A DNA stretch of 64,000 bases from a virus. Where the stretch lies: the IMG/VR virus record IMGVR_UViG_3300025888_000011, positions 64,001 through 128,000 of that record. One strand, given 5' to 3'. Made by a program: the position numbers and the translations under genes. The first letter of the stretch is position 1; each line of letters begins with the position of its first letter. Shown one piece after another: positions 1 to 9,085 of this stretch. The notes beneath the pieces are model-generated. The model was not told the origin of the DNA, did no database searches, and was given only the letters and a program-made list of their open reading frames with translations.

Positions 1-1
1 A

Positions 2-862
2 GAAACAATATGTAAAAATGGATTTCAGACTGAATATATAAACTCTGAATTAACTATATTGGTTAAATACTTAAAAGAGGTTAAATCTTTTAAAAGAAAA
101 TATACAGAAGCTTTTTTATATGGGTTCTGTGAAAAATATATTGAGGGATTTAATAAAGTTAAATTCTTCAAAGTTATTGATAGAGCGATAGTGAATGGTA
201 GAAAAAGAAGCAATAAATTAATAGTTATAGATAAAATACCAATATATAAAGAGGAAATAGAAGCCATTGATAAATTAAAGGTTGAACATGAACATAAAAA
301 ATTATTATTTACTTTTTTAGTTAGTAAAAAATTAAGTCTTACTATTAGAAAAATACATGATGAAAATATAAATGAAATGTCAGCTTACTTTGAAGGAAAT
401 AAGAAAAGATATAATGATATATTTAAACTGACTAACATAGTTGGTAAATACAAAATTGAGGATATGATACATACATTAGTTAGTAAAAAAATAATAGAAT
501 CGGTAATCAATGGTGGAATAGTTTTAAAATTTCTTTATCCTATGTACGATATTAGAATAGATAGTTATGAAGTTAAAAATTACAAAACAGATAAAATAGA
601 AAATAGAGAAAAACAAATTATAATTTATAATGTTAAAGATTATAAGTTATATGAAAATATTAGTGATTTTGATAACATAGGATATGTATTTGATTATTAT
701 AAAGGAGAAAATGGGATTAAGAAATGTGAATGTTGTAAAAAATATATTAAACAAAAGAGCAAAAAACCACCTAAATACTGTGAAGAATGTATTAAAGAAA
801 AGCAAAAAGAATGGGAAAAACTAAGTAAAGCTAAAGCTAAAAAGGAACTTGGCAAGTTTTAA
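2..862 (+). CDS. Hypothetical phage protein with C-terminal CxxC...CxxC zinc finger (5' end outside window)
   Basis: Frame is open from nt 2, so the 59 start in the ORF track is internal; ends CECCKKYIKQKSKKPPKYCEEC. Confidence 0.7.
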   Translation, partial: ETICKNGFQTEYINSELTILVKYLKEVKSFKRKYTEAFLYGFCEKYIEGFNKVKFFKVIDRAIVNGRKRSNKLIVIDKIPIYKEEIEAIDKLKVEHEHKKLLFTFLVSKKLSLTIRKIHDENINEMSAYFEGNKKRYNDIFKLTNIVGKYKIEDMIHTLVSKKIIESVINGGIVLKFLYPMYDIRIDSYEVKNYKTDKIENREKQIIIYNVKDYKLYENISDFDNIGYVFDYYKGENGIKKCECCKKYIKQKSKKPPKYCEECIKEKQKEWEKLSKAKAKKELGKF

Positions 863-1181
863 TAATTACATCAATACATGTTGTAAACCTAGTCATACCA
901 ACGGTTTAAGAGGTTTCAATATAATTTGTGAAATTTTCGGTATATGGTAGGAAGTAGTAATATAAAATTACCATTTTTAAACATGCTAAGGTAAAGCATA
1001 GTGTGTTTATCATAAGGAATAAAATAAAAAATTAATATTACATAACTATCACATAAAATAATACGTCATCTATTATCATCCTAACTCACGGTGCTTTAGG
1101 ATATACGAGGATAAAGGAAAACCTCTCAAACCTGATGATAAATAATCCTAGAAAGTAGCAAGTTTAGGACTAATATAATAT

Positions 1182-1257
1182 GGCGATGTGGCGAAATTGG
1201 TATCGCAACGCACTTGTAATGCGTAGATTGAAGATTCGAGTTCTTTCATCGCCTCCA
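1182..1257 (+). tRNA. tRNA-Thr (anticodon UGU), CCA encoded
   Basis: Acceptor GGCGATG/CATCGCC, D arm GCGA/TCGC, anticodon stem ACGCA/TGCGT with loop CTTGTAA, T loop TTCGAGT, 3' TCCA; 76 nt. Confidence 0.9.
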
Positions 1258-1469
1258 ATAGACTCGCCTGATAGTAAAAGGCAAATTCATTTTTACTCTC
1301 CTTTTTTGAGGTAAGCTTCTCACTTACCTCAGTTAAATTTATAACAGGGAGAAAATTTTTATGAGAATAAACAATAATATAAAATTAAGTTTAACATTTA
1401 ATTAGTATTTTAGTCGAAAGACAGAAATAAATAAAAGGGTGATTACCAAACATCAAAAGGAGTTATAAT

Positions 1470-2231
1470 ATGGTAAATATAAGAAAGAATATTCTAGAAC
1501 AAGATATTAATGATTTATTCAAAAGGATTAATAAAGAAAAAGAATTAAAAGAGAACAGAATAATAATGAGCGAGAGCAACATATTTAAAACGGTTTACAG
1601 AATGGAATACGTTTCAGAAAAGAATTATTCTAATTACAGAAAATTAATTGATTCATTATCTAAATTATATAATACATACAAACAATTAGATTATGAAAAT
1701 TACAATACTCAATTTGTATTATCATTAATAAGTAGATTAGAAGAGGAAACTGAAAACGTTCATGATTTAATGAGAGATTCGTTGAAAAATGAAAGAGATG
1801 ACCAATACCGATGTTTAAGTGATTCTTATATCAAGTTAATTGATTTGGTTGGAAATATAAGTAGAGATATTCCTTATGATGGAAATGAAATAATGAATTA
1901 CGCTCTTACTCTCACAGGAATTAAATATGTATGGGGAGGAGAAACAGAACAAGGATTTGATTGTTCAGGATTTACTAAATATGTATTTGAACATTTTGGA
2001 TTAGATATTGGTAGAACAACTTGCTTGCAAATTACACAAGGAAAACATGTTGATAAAAGTGATTTAAAAGAAGGAGATTTAGTATTCTTTGGAAATATAG
2101 AATTACCTCATCAAGTAGGAATATATATAGGAAAAGACTCATTTATAAATGCACCAAAAACAGGTAATGTTGTTAAAGTCAGTAAAATGGAAAACAGAGA
2201 GGATTATGTAACAGGAAGAAGAATAATATAA
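1470..2231 (+). CDS. NlpC/P60 (C40) domain protein with helical N-terminus; catalytic His apparently replaced
   Basis: YVWGG..GFDCSGF..GDLVFF..PHQVGIYIG..FINAP. Confidence 0.85.
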   Translation: MVNIRKNILEQDINDLFKRINKEKELKENRIIMSESNIFKTVYRMEYVSEKNYSNYRKLIDSLSKLYNTYKQLDYENYNTQFVLSLISRLEEETENVHDLMRDSLKNERDDQYRCLSDSYIKLIDLVGNISRDIPYDGNEIMNYALTLTGIKYVWGGETEQGFDCSGFTKYVFEHFGLDIGRTTCLQITQGKHVDKSDLKEGDLVFFGNIELPHQVGIYIGKDSFINAPKTGNVVKVSKMENREDYVTGRRII

Positions 2232-2333
2232 ATAAGTATTTTAGCTTTGAGACAAGCTTTAAATAGAATTAATGCAGATTCCTGCAAAGTGGAATAAATA
2301 ACCAATGGGTTATATTAAAGGAGATTAATTATT

Positions 2334-2648
2334 ATGAAAACAACAACTAATAAAGAACAATTGGTAGAGAAAATAGCATTGGAAACAGGATTTACTAAAA
2401 AAGACACAAAAATTTTTCTTGAGGGTTTTATCAAAGTAACAGGAACGGTATTACAAGAAGATGGAGAAATTCAGCTCGTTGGTTTTGGTAAATTTGGTAC
2501 AAGAGATATAGCTGAAAAATCAGGAGTATGTAAATTACAAAAGGATTCAGCAGGTAATGTAATTGAAACACCATTTACTACAGAAGCACACAAGCAACCA
2601 TTTTTTAAAGTTGGAAAAGGTTTGAAAGACAAAGCAAATGCAAAATAA
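2334..2648 (+). CDS. hup: HU-family histone-like DNA-binding protein (SPbeta YonN position)
   Basis: NKEQLVEKIA..TKKD..IQLVGFGKF..PFFKVGKGLKD; RBS AAGGAG. Confidence 0.9.
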   Translation: MKTTTNKEQLVEKIALETGFTKKDTKIFLEGFIKVTGTVLQEDGEIQLVGFGKFGTRDIAEKSGVCKLQKDSAGNVIETPFTTEAHKQPFFKVGKGLKDKANAK

Positions 2649-2716
2649 AATAATATAAAATAAAGTTTAAAAAGAATTATTATATGTAATATGAATGTAT
2701 TATAAATTAAAATTTG

Positions 2717-2768
2717 TGAAGCTAGGAGTAAGATATGAATAATATTAAATTTCCTAGCTTCATTTTTT
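2717..2768 (+). terminator. Intrinsic terminator after HU gene
   Basis: TGAAGCTAGGA/TCCTAGCTTCA stem with long loop followed by T6; a related stem occurs at 12027-12059. Confidence 0.55.
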
Positions 2769-2839
2769 ATGCGTTTTTAATAAAACGTAAATAATGTAGG
2801 GATTTCTATTTAATATAGAAAAACTGAGGGAAGATTTAG

Positions 2840-3310
2840 GTGGGTGTATTAATGAAAAAAGGAACAAAGATACATAACAGAGTTAGAAAAGTGAGAGAAG
2901 ATACATTATATAAATTATATTTTAAACTACCACATTCTTGTAAATCTTGTTGCTATAATAGCAATTGTCCTCATATAGAGAATATGAATGATATTACAAA
3001 TTGTGATAATTACAAAGAATCAATTGAATTAAATGAACTTGTTTTAATGATGAAAGAACAAAATATAAACATTGAATCATTTTGTGAAAAATACAAAGTT
3101 AAGAAAGAATATTTTATGGAAATGATAAAAGGCAAAATGCTAATGTCATATAAATATTATATTGCAATCTGCACTAGACTTCACGTTGAAGAAATGGATG
3201 AATTTTATATTTATAAAGCAAGATTTTTAAATGAAGAAAAGGAAATAATTAGAAACGAAAATAAAACCTTAAAAAGTGAGGTACAAATAGATGCAAATAT
3301 ATTATACTAA
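2840..3310 (+). CDS. Hypothetical protein, Cys cluster plus possible HTH
   Basis: CKSCCYNSNCPH; segment INIESFCEKYKVKKEYFMEMIKGK resembles an XRE-like HTH. Confidence 0.5.
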   Translation: MGVLMKKGTKIHNRVRKVREDTLYKLYFKLPHSCKSCCYNSNCPHIENMNDITNCDNYKESIELNELVLMMKEQNINIESFCEKYKVKKEYFMEMIKGKMLMSYKYYIAICTRLHVEEMDEFYIYKARFLNEEKEIIRNENKTLKSEVQIDANILY

Positions 3311-3545
3311 TAAAAATATTAACTGCAATGGCGATGGTGTAACAGGAAGTATGAATTTACTAACTGTTAAAAGAGATAATATGAAAGATTATAATTGTTT
3401 GGTGGATTTTGGAATGGTACAAAGTTCTAAAATCAAAGGTGACCAATTACACAAAATAAATAATAGAGATTTATTATTAGGGGGTGGTTTAGAACATGAG
3501 AATGTAATTATTAACGATATACTGTTAACGCATTCTCATGCATAA
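3291..3545 (+). CDS. Metallo-beta-lactamase/beta-CASP nuclease, N-terminal part (ends inside HxHxDH motif)
   Basis: GVTGS..LVDFG.VQ..ILLTHSHA then TAA. Confidence 0.8.
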   Translation: MQIYYTNKNINCNGDGVTGSMNLLTVKRDNMKDYNCLVDFGMVQSSKIKGDQLHKINNRDLLLGGGLEHENVIINDILLTHSHA

Positions 3546-4781
3546 GTAGACCATATTGCTTTGCTCGGGCGTGTTCCTAGCATTACCGAGTTAGACCACG
3601 CACATATTAGAATGACTGAATTAAGTGCTAAAATAGCTACCGTGATACTACAAGATGCTTGTCATATTTTATTAAAAGAACATGAAAAATCAGTTAAAAA
3701 AAGTAAGGATAAAAAACAACAAACTGTTCCTTATATAACTCAAAAAAGCACAGATGATGTTATAGAAAGAATACAATCTTATTCATTTGATAAACAAATT
3801 TTAGTCGATGAAGGGATAAAAATTACGTTCAAAAGTAACGGACATTTGCCCGGTTCTGCTTCAATATTAATGGAAATAAGAGAGGGTTCATACGAAAAAA
3901 AGACAATTTTATTTAGCGGAGATACATCAGGCACAAGACCATTTATGCTAACAAAACCACTAGATATTAAAGAAAATAAAATTGATTTTATACTCAGTGA
4001 ATCTACATACAATAATAAATTAATAGAAAAAAACAACTTTGAGAGTGAATTTGTAAAGTATATTCAAGAAACTTGTATAGAAAAGAAAGGAAAGATAATT
4101 GCTCCTGTTTTCGCAAGTGGACGTAGCACAAATTCTCTAATTCAATTGAGACACGTTTATGAACAACATCCTGAATTTAAAGATATAAAAGTTTACCTTT
4201 GTAGTCCTATGGCATGTAAATTACATAAAATTCTATGTAATGACACAAATAAAGAATTTTATGCAGAGGAATGGCATGACGAACTTGATATAGTTGATTG
4301 GGGACAAGTTTCCTATGTTGAATCATTTAGAGCAGTTGTAAAAATGTTAAATAATCCAGACCCTTGTGTGATATTTGCAAGTGCAGGTATGATTGGGGCT
4401 TATTCAGAATACATAATAGGACAATTAGTATCTACTCGTAAAAATCGTGTAGTGTTTCTCGGATATCAATGTGTAGGGAGTGTCGGAGATTCTTTGCAAC
4501 AAGGAATACAAAAGACGATGACAGTCGAGGATGAAGAAGGAAAGAGAAAAAGTGTTAATATTAATGCGAAAATTTCTACTGTCAAAGGAATGAGTGGACA
4601 TTCGGATTACAAAGAATTATGCAAATTATGGAGTTCAGTCGAAAAGAAAAAATTAAAAACTATTCTTTTAAATCATGGAAATCCTGATGGAATGCATTTC
4701 TTTAAAAAAGAATTACAAAAAGCATTACCAAATGTAGATATTAAAATTACTAAATATAATGAAATCGTTAGACTTTGTTAA
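3546..4781 (+). CDS. Metallo-beta-lactamase/beta-CASP nuclease, in-frame continuation after the stop
   Basis: Same frame resumes VDHIALLG; GHLPGS, LFSGD, SESTY, PVFASGRS, GYQ, SGHSD and LNHG motifs all intact. Confidence 0.8.
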   Translation, partial: VDHIALLGRVPSITELDHAHIRMTELSAKIATVILQDACHILLKEHEKSVKKSKDKKQQTVPYITQKSTDDVIERIQSYSFDKQILVDEGIKITFKSNGHLPGSASILMEIREGSYEKKTILFSGDTSGTRPFMLTKPLDIKENKIDFILSESTYNNKLIEKNNFESEFVKYIQETCIEKKGKIIAPVFASGRSTNSLIQLRHVYEQHPEFKDIKVYLCSPMACKLHKILCNDTNKEFYAEEWHDELDIVDWGQVSYVESFRAVVKMLNNPDPCVIFASAGMIGAYSEYIIGQLVSTRKNRVVFLGYQCVGSVGDSLQQGIQKTMTVEDEEGKRKSVNINAKISTVKGMSGHSDYKELCKLWSSVEKKKLKTILLNHGNPDGMHFFKKELQKALPNVDIKITKYNEIVRLC

Positions 4782-4812
4782 AAATAAAATAATATAAAAT
4801 TAGGAGATTACA

Positions 4813-4977
4813 ATGGATTATAAAATAATAATTAAACCAAATATTGCTCGTCAACTCTTACATTTAGGACATGAAATAAAAGATATAAAGCCTAAAAAAG
4901 AAAATCCTTTAGAAACAGTGTTTGTTTTTGAAGAGACTGAAAAATTCAAAGTAGATTTGACTGCTATATCAAAATAG
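4813..4977 (+). CDS. DUF5659-like small protein (54 aa, absent from ORF track)
   Basis: RBS AGGAG; MDYKIIIKPNIARQLLHLGHEIKDIKPKKENPLETVFVFEETEKFKVDLTAISK. Confidence 0.75.
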   Translation: MDYKIIIKPNIARQLLHLGHEIKDIKPKKENPLETVFVFEETEKFKVDLTAISK

Positions 4978-4992
4978 TAGTCTTTTTATTTT
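4959..4992 (+). terminator. Terminator overlapping the mini-gene stop, upstream of endonuclease
   Basis: GACTGCTAT/ATAGTAGTC stem then T-rich tract. Confidence 0.6.
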
Positions 4993-5025
4993 ATAAAAAA
5001 CTCGTAAAAAGGAAGGTGTTTATTA

Positions 5026-6189
5026 ATGGAAGAAAAATTATTATTAAAGAAATCAGCAATATTGTGGGTGAACGAATACTATAATTATGATAAAGAGGAT
5101 TGTATTTTACTAAAAGTATTTAGAAAAAATTTAACAGAATCATATGATATTCTAATAGATAAATCTGATTTTGAATTAGTTTCACAAGGTCAATGGTATG
5201 GTCATATGAGTAGAAAAAATACTCATTTAAAAAATATATTACATATATTATGGACTCATACTAAAAACAACAAGAAAGTAACATCTGACATATATCAATG
5301 GATTCTAGATAGTAAAAACGAAAATCGTATAGTAGACCATATAAGTATGGATAGACAAGATAATAGAAGACAAAATTTAAGATTCGCAACAGCAAAAGAA
5401 AACACTGTAAATCAAGAATATACTGGATGGAGTTATCAAGATGGTAAGTATTGTAGTTACATTTATTGTGATTCTATATATTTTTATTTGGGTAGCTATG
5501 ATAATAAAGAGGATGCAGAAGCAATTTACTTAAAAGCTTATATTATAATGGGCTATGATAAAATTTCTGAATCTTGCAAATCAAGAATTCAACTAGCGAA
5601 TATTAGACTTTCTGAAGAAGATTGTTCTAGTAAATATCTTAACAGATTAATAATGTATAGAAATGAAGGGGTTATACCTAAAATCGACAAAGAATTGATT
5701 AAACTTATAAAATTATCTACATTCCAAGGTAATGGATTGGGATATAATTATGATAAGCCAACTAAAAGATATTTAGTAAGAATTAAAATAAATAATAAAG
5801 AAGTTAATATAGGTAGATATAAAACAGAAAAAGAAGCTAATGATATATATTTAAAATCATGTTTGATAACAAACAAGAATGACCAATATTCTCAGATTGA
5901 AAAAAGAATACAAGAACATAACATTATATTAACTGAAGAAGATTATAAACATAAATATTTAAAAAAGGTTTATAACTTATATAATAATATTGACGAAGTT
6001 ACTGTAAATGGGAGATTTAATTATACATATGAAGAGAACATGAATATAATTATAAAATTAGTAAATGAAGGAGTTAATTGGAATAGAATATCACAATATT
6101 TAAGAGAAAATATAAAAGGACTTGAAGGAGCAAAAGGCGAAATGGTAAAAGTAAAATATAATAAGTATATAAAAGCATTAAGTATTTAA
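5026..6189 (+). CDS. Free-standing HNH endonuclease with two AP2-like DNA-binding repeats
   Basis: IVDHISMDRQDNRRQNLR (HNH_3 type); YLGSYDNKEDA and NIGRYKTEKEA repeats. Confidence 0.8.
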   Translation: MEEKLLLKKSAILWVNEYYNYDKEDCILLKVFRKNLTESYDILIDKSDFELVSQGQWYGHMSRKNTHLKNILHILWTHTKNNKKVTSDIYQWILDSKNENRIVDHISMDRQDNRRQNLRFATAKENTVNQEYTGWSYQDGKYCSYIYCDSIYFYLGSYDNKEDAEAIYLKAYIIMGYDKISESCKSRIQLANIRLSEEDCSSKYLNRLIMYRNEGVIPKIDKELIKLIKLSTFQGNGLGYNYDKPTKRYLVRIKINNKEVNIGRYKTEKEANDIYLKSCLITNKNDQYSQIEKRIQEHNIILTEEDYKHKYLKKVYNLYNNIDEVTVNGRFNYTYEENMNIIIKLVNEGVNWNRISQYLRENIKGLEGAKGEMVKVKYNKYIKALSI

Positions 6190-6221
6190 AATAATATAAA
6201 ATAAAAAGGAGATTAACTAAT

Positions 6222-6443
6222 ATGAAAGATACATTAAGCGTTACAAAAAAGAGAGTACTAAAGGAAGTAGAACTTACATTTGTAGAAGGAGTTTGGAAAT
6301 ATCAAGATGCAGACATGACTGAAGCATTACCTTTATCAGAAGCATTTACTCCATTTCTAGGAGAGACTGCTACTATAACAATTGTAAATAAGGATGAATC
6401 TGACGATATTGTTGGAGACCCTATTGATGTTGAGGATGAATAA
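6222..6443 (+). CDS. YonK-like small acidic protein
   Basis: Size, composition and position before the phosphoesterase match SPbeta gene order; RBS AAGGAG. Confidence 0.5.
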   Translation: MKDTLSVTKKRVLKEVELTFVEGVWKYQDADMTEALPLSEAFTPFLGETATITIVNKDESDDIVGDPIDVEDE

Positions 6444-6675
6444 TTTAGTTAACATATTAAATATTATGAAGTAAACCTGACAAAAGTAAACCAAGCAGAA
6501 ATAACTAAAATACATAAACAAATAATAATATAGAGTGGTGCTTGTCAATATAGAATGTATAAGATTTAGTTATATGTTCTATATAGTACTCGCACTACTT
6601 TATTACAACAAAAAGCGTCTTAGATGCTATTTAAGACTATTACAATAATAAAATAAGAAATGGAGATTAAAATTT

Positions 6676-6858
6676 GTGCTAAAAAATGACGGGAGAAAAT
6701 CCAATAGCAAAGCAAGTAAGAAGAAACACAAACTAAAACAAGTTAAGTGTGGTAAGTGTAAGAATATAACAGAATATCATGAATCGGATATTGAATCTGT
6801 TAGTGGAATGAAAGTAATTTTATGTGATTTTTGTGGAATAGAAATTAATTTAAAATAA
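6676..6858 (+). CDS. Small zinc-ribbon protein
   Basis: CGKC...CDFCG. Confidence 0.6.
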   Translation: MLKNDGRKSNSKASKKKHKLKQVKCGKCKNITEYHESDIESVSGMKVILCDFCGIEINLK

Positions 6859-6874
6859 TATAAAATAAAGAATT

Positions 6875-8257
6875 ATGGGAGAGAGTAAAATGATTGAAAT
6901 AAAAAGAGATGATTATAGTTGTGATGAGGAATTTATAGCAAAGGTTTATTGTTTAAAATCAGATAATAATATGACAAATAAAGAATGTAACACATATATA
7001 AATTCAATGCTTGGAAGTAATTATGGAGAATCTACAACTAGAGGTATAGCTAAATATATAAATTTAGGACAAGAAATTCAATCTGAAAGAAATTTATCAG
7101 AATTAAAAGGTGAAAATAAAGAAATTACAACATTAAAACATGAATATAACAACTATGAGCAAGTTAAAAGCTACAAAGAAGTTGTTGAAATAAATAAAGA
7201 TGGAAGTTATTCAAGTGATAGATTAATAGGAATTGAAAACGAAGACAATCTAAAAGATGAGAATTTTCTATTAGGAGTACATAATTACGATGCTAAAGCA
7301 TGGCAGATAGTTTCTGCAAGAAATAGTATTTGGAATACTCAAGTAAAGGGTGGTACTATAACGAAATTATATGCAAGTAAAATTAACGTTAAACCTAGAG
7401 TTAATAGTGTATCTACAGAAGAAATAAAGGAATGGTTTAAAGAATTTGATAGAGAAAACAAAACGGTTAAAAATATAAACTATAAACATAAAGAAGGTAA
7501 ATTACTATTTGAATTTCCAATGGTAGATTTGCATTATGGAAAAAAAGGATATGTTTTTGAGGTTGGCAAGGAAAGTAGTTCGGAACAAACAGAACAGAAT
7601 TTTTTAAAAGTAATATGTGATTTTAAAAATAGATTAAAAGACAAGCCTATATCAAAAATTGTGTTCCCAATAGGTAATGATTTATTTAACAGTGATTCTA
7701 CTGATGGGTCTACCACTAGAGGCACAAAACAAGATAATGATATGAGATGGAAACAATTATTTAAAAGTGGCTTAAAAATGATTACACAAGGTATAGATGT
7801 GCTATCTGAAATAGCACCTATAGATTTAATCTATGTAGAAGGAAATCACGATACAATGTCTGCATATCATTTATTTGTTGCACTAGACGCTTATTATAGA
7901 AAGGATGATGTTGTAAATGTTATTGATAGTGCATTAACAAGACAATATTATAAATGGGGTAAGTGTTTAATAGGATATTCTCATGGAAATTGTGAGGGTA
8001 AAAGGATAAGTGGTTTAATGCAAAAAGAACAACCCAAATTATGGGGAGAAACTTTGTATAGAGAATGGCATTTAGCCCATTTACATCATGAAATAGCCAA
8101 AGAAGATAATGGTCTGGTAATAAGACATTTACCTTCAATAACTGGAACTGATGCGTGGCACTATAATAGTGGATACGTAGGAGCATTACAAAAATGTCAA
8201 GCTTTTATTTGGGATAAAGAATCAGGACTTATGGATATATTAATGAGTTATGTTTAA
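6875..8257 (+). CDS. Calcineurin-like metallophosphoesterase (YonJ-like)
   Basis: DLHYG, GND, GNHD, SHG and HLHH motifs. Confidence 0.85.
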   Translation: MGESKMIEIKRDDYSCDEEFIAKVYCLKSDNNMTNKECNTYINSMLGSNYGESTTRGIAKYINLGQEIQSERNLSELKGENKEITTLKHEYNNYEQVKSYKEVVEINKDGSYSSDRLIGIENEDNLKDENFLLGVHNYDAKAWQIVSARNSIWNTQVKGGTITKLYASKINVKPRVNSVSTEEIKEWFKEFDRENKTVKNINYKHKEGKLLFEFPMVDLHYGKKGYVFEVGKESSSEQTEQNFLKVICDFKNRLKDKPISKIVFPIGNDLFNSDSTDGSTTRGTKQDNDMRWKQLFKSGLKMITQGIDVLSEIAPIDLIYVEGNHDTMSAYHLFVALDAYYRKDDVVNVIDSALTRQYYKWGKCLIGYSHGNCEGKRISGLMQKEQPKLWGETLYREWHLAHLHHEIAKEDNGLVIRHLPSITGTDAWHYNSGYVGALQKCQAFIWDKESGLMDILMSYV

Positions 8258-8287
8258 ATATAAAATAATATAAAGTAGGAGAAAAAT

Positions 8288-8416
8288 ATGAAGAAGTCTA
8301 AATGTGGATACACAATCAATAAACCTAAGAATTGGGTGAATACTGTAATGGAATTAACACCACTTGTACTTATTTTAGGTAGTATTTTAGGAGTTTTATT
8401 TATAACAATAATTTAA
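8288..8416 (+). CDS. Small membrane protein (42 aa, absent from ORF track)
   Basis: RBS AGGAG; C-terminal hydrophobic helix LTPLVLILGSILGVLFITII. Confidence 0.55.
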   Translation: MKKSKCGYTINKPKNWVNTVMELTPLVLILGSILGVLFITII

Positions 8417-8449
8417 AATATAATAATATGAAGGGCAAAGGTAGATATT

Positions 8450-9058
8450 ATGGAAGAATATTTAAACTACAAACAAATAAGAATTCATCAATTAAAGGAA
8501 AAAGAATGTCTTGATAATAGAACAATATGGCTTGATGAAACTATAACGGGTGATACAGAATTTATGGTTTTAAAAATGTTTGATAGAATTGTAGCTATGG
8601 ATGTTAAGTCAAAAATAACTCCTGAAAACGCTGAACCAATTTTATTAAAAATTAGCTCGTATGGTGGAAATGTGGATGCGTCACTAAGTATCATTTCAAA
8701 AATTGAAGCACTACGAATTTTACAGTATCGCATACATGGATATGCTTATGGTAAATGCATGTCAGGAGCGTTTAAAATTTTCATCGCTTGTACTAAGAGA
8801 TTTGCTCAACCAACTACAGATTTACTTTGCCATATGCCTAATCACGGTGAATATGGTGGTTTCTACACTATGGAAGATGATAGACGTAGATATACTAGCT
8901 CTAAAAGGTCATGGGATAGATGTAAAAAAGTAATAATAAAATATACTAATCTCACAGATGAAATGCTTGAAGAATCAGTTAGTAAAAATGAAGATATGTG
9001 CTTTTGGGCGGATGAGAGTATTGAACAAAACTTAGGAATTGTTGACGAATTATTCTAA
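8450..9058 (+). CDS. ClpP-like serine protease
   Basis: ISSYGG, CMSGAF (Ser), CHMP (His), EDMCF (Asp), LGIVDELF. Confidence 0.85.
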   Translation: MEEYLNYKQIRIHQLKEKECLDNRTIWLDETITGDTEFMVLKMFDRIVAMDVKSKITPENAEPILLKISSYGGNVDASLSIISKIEALRILQYRIHGYAYGKCMSGAFKIFIACTKRFAQPTTDLLCHMPNHGEYGGFYTMEDDRRRYTSSKRSWDRCKKVIIKYTNLTDEMLEESVSKNEDMCFWADESIEQNLGIVDELF

Positions 9059-9085
9059 ATAAAAACTAATAAAAACTAATATAGA

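Noticed and set aside
1125-1170. Hammerhead ribozyme suggested by CTGATGA...GAAA
   Set aside because: Stem II would be only 2 bp, and no A15.1-U16.1 pair or NUH cleavage triplet can be formed
3543-3545. Selenocysteine or genome-wide stop codon reassignment
   Set aside because: The codon is TAA, which ends most genes here normally; readthrough would not restore HxHxDH spacing
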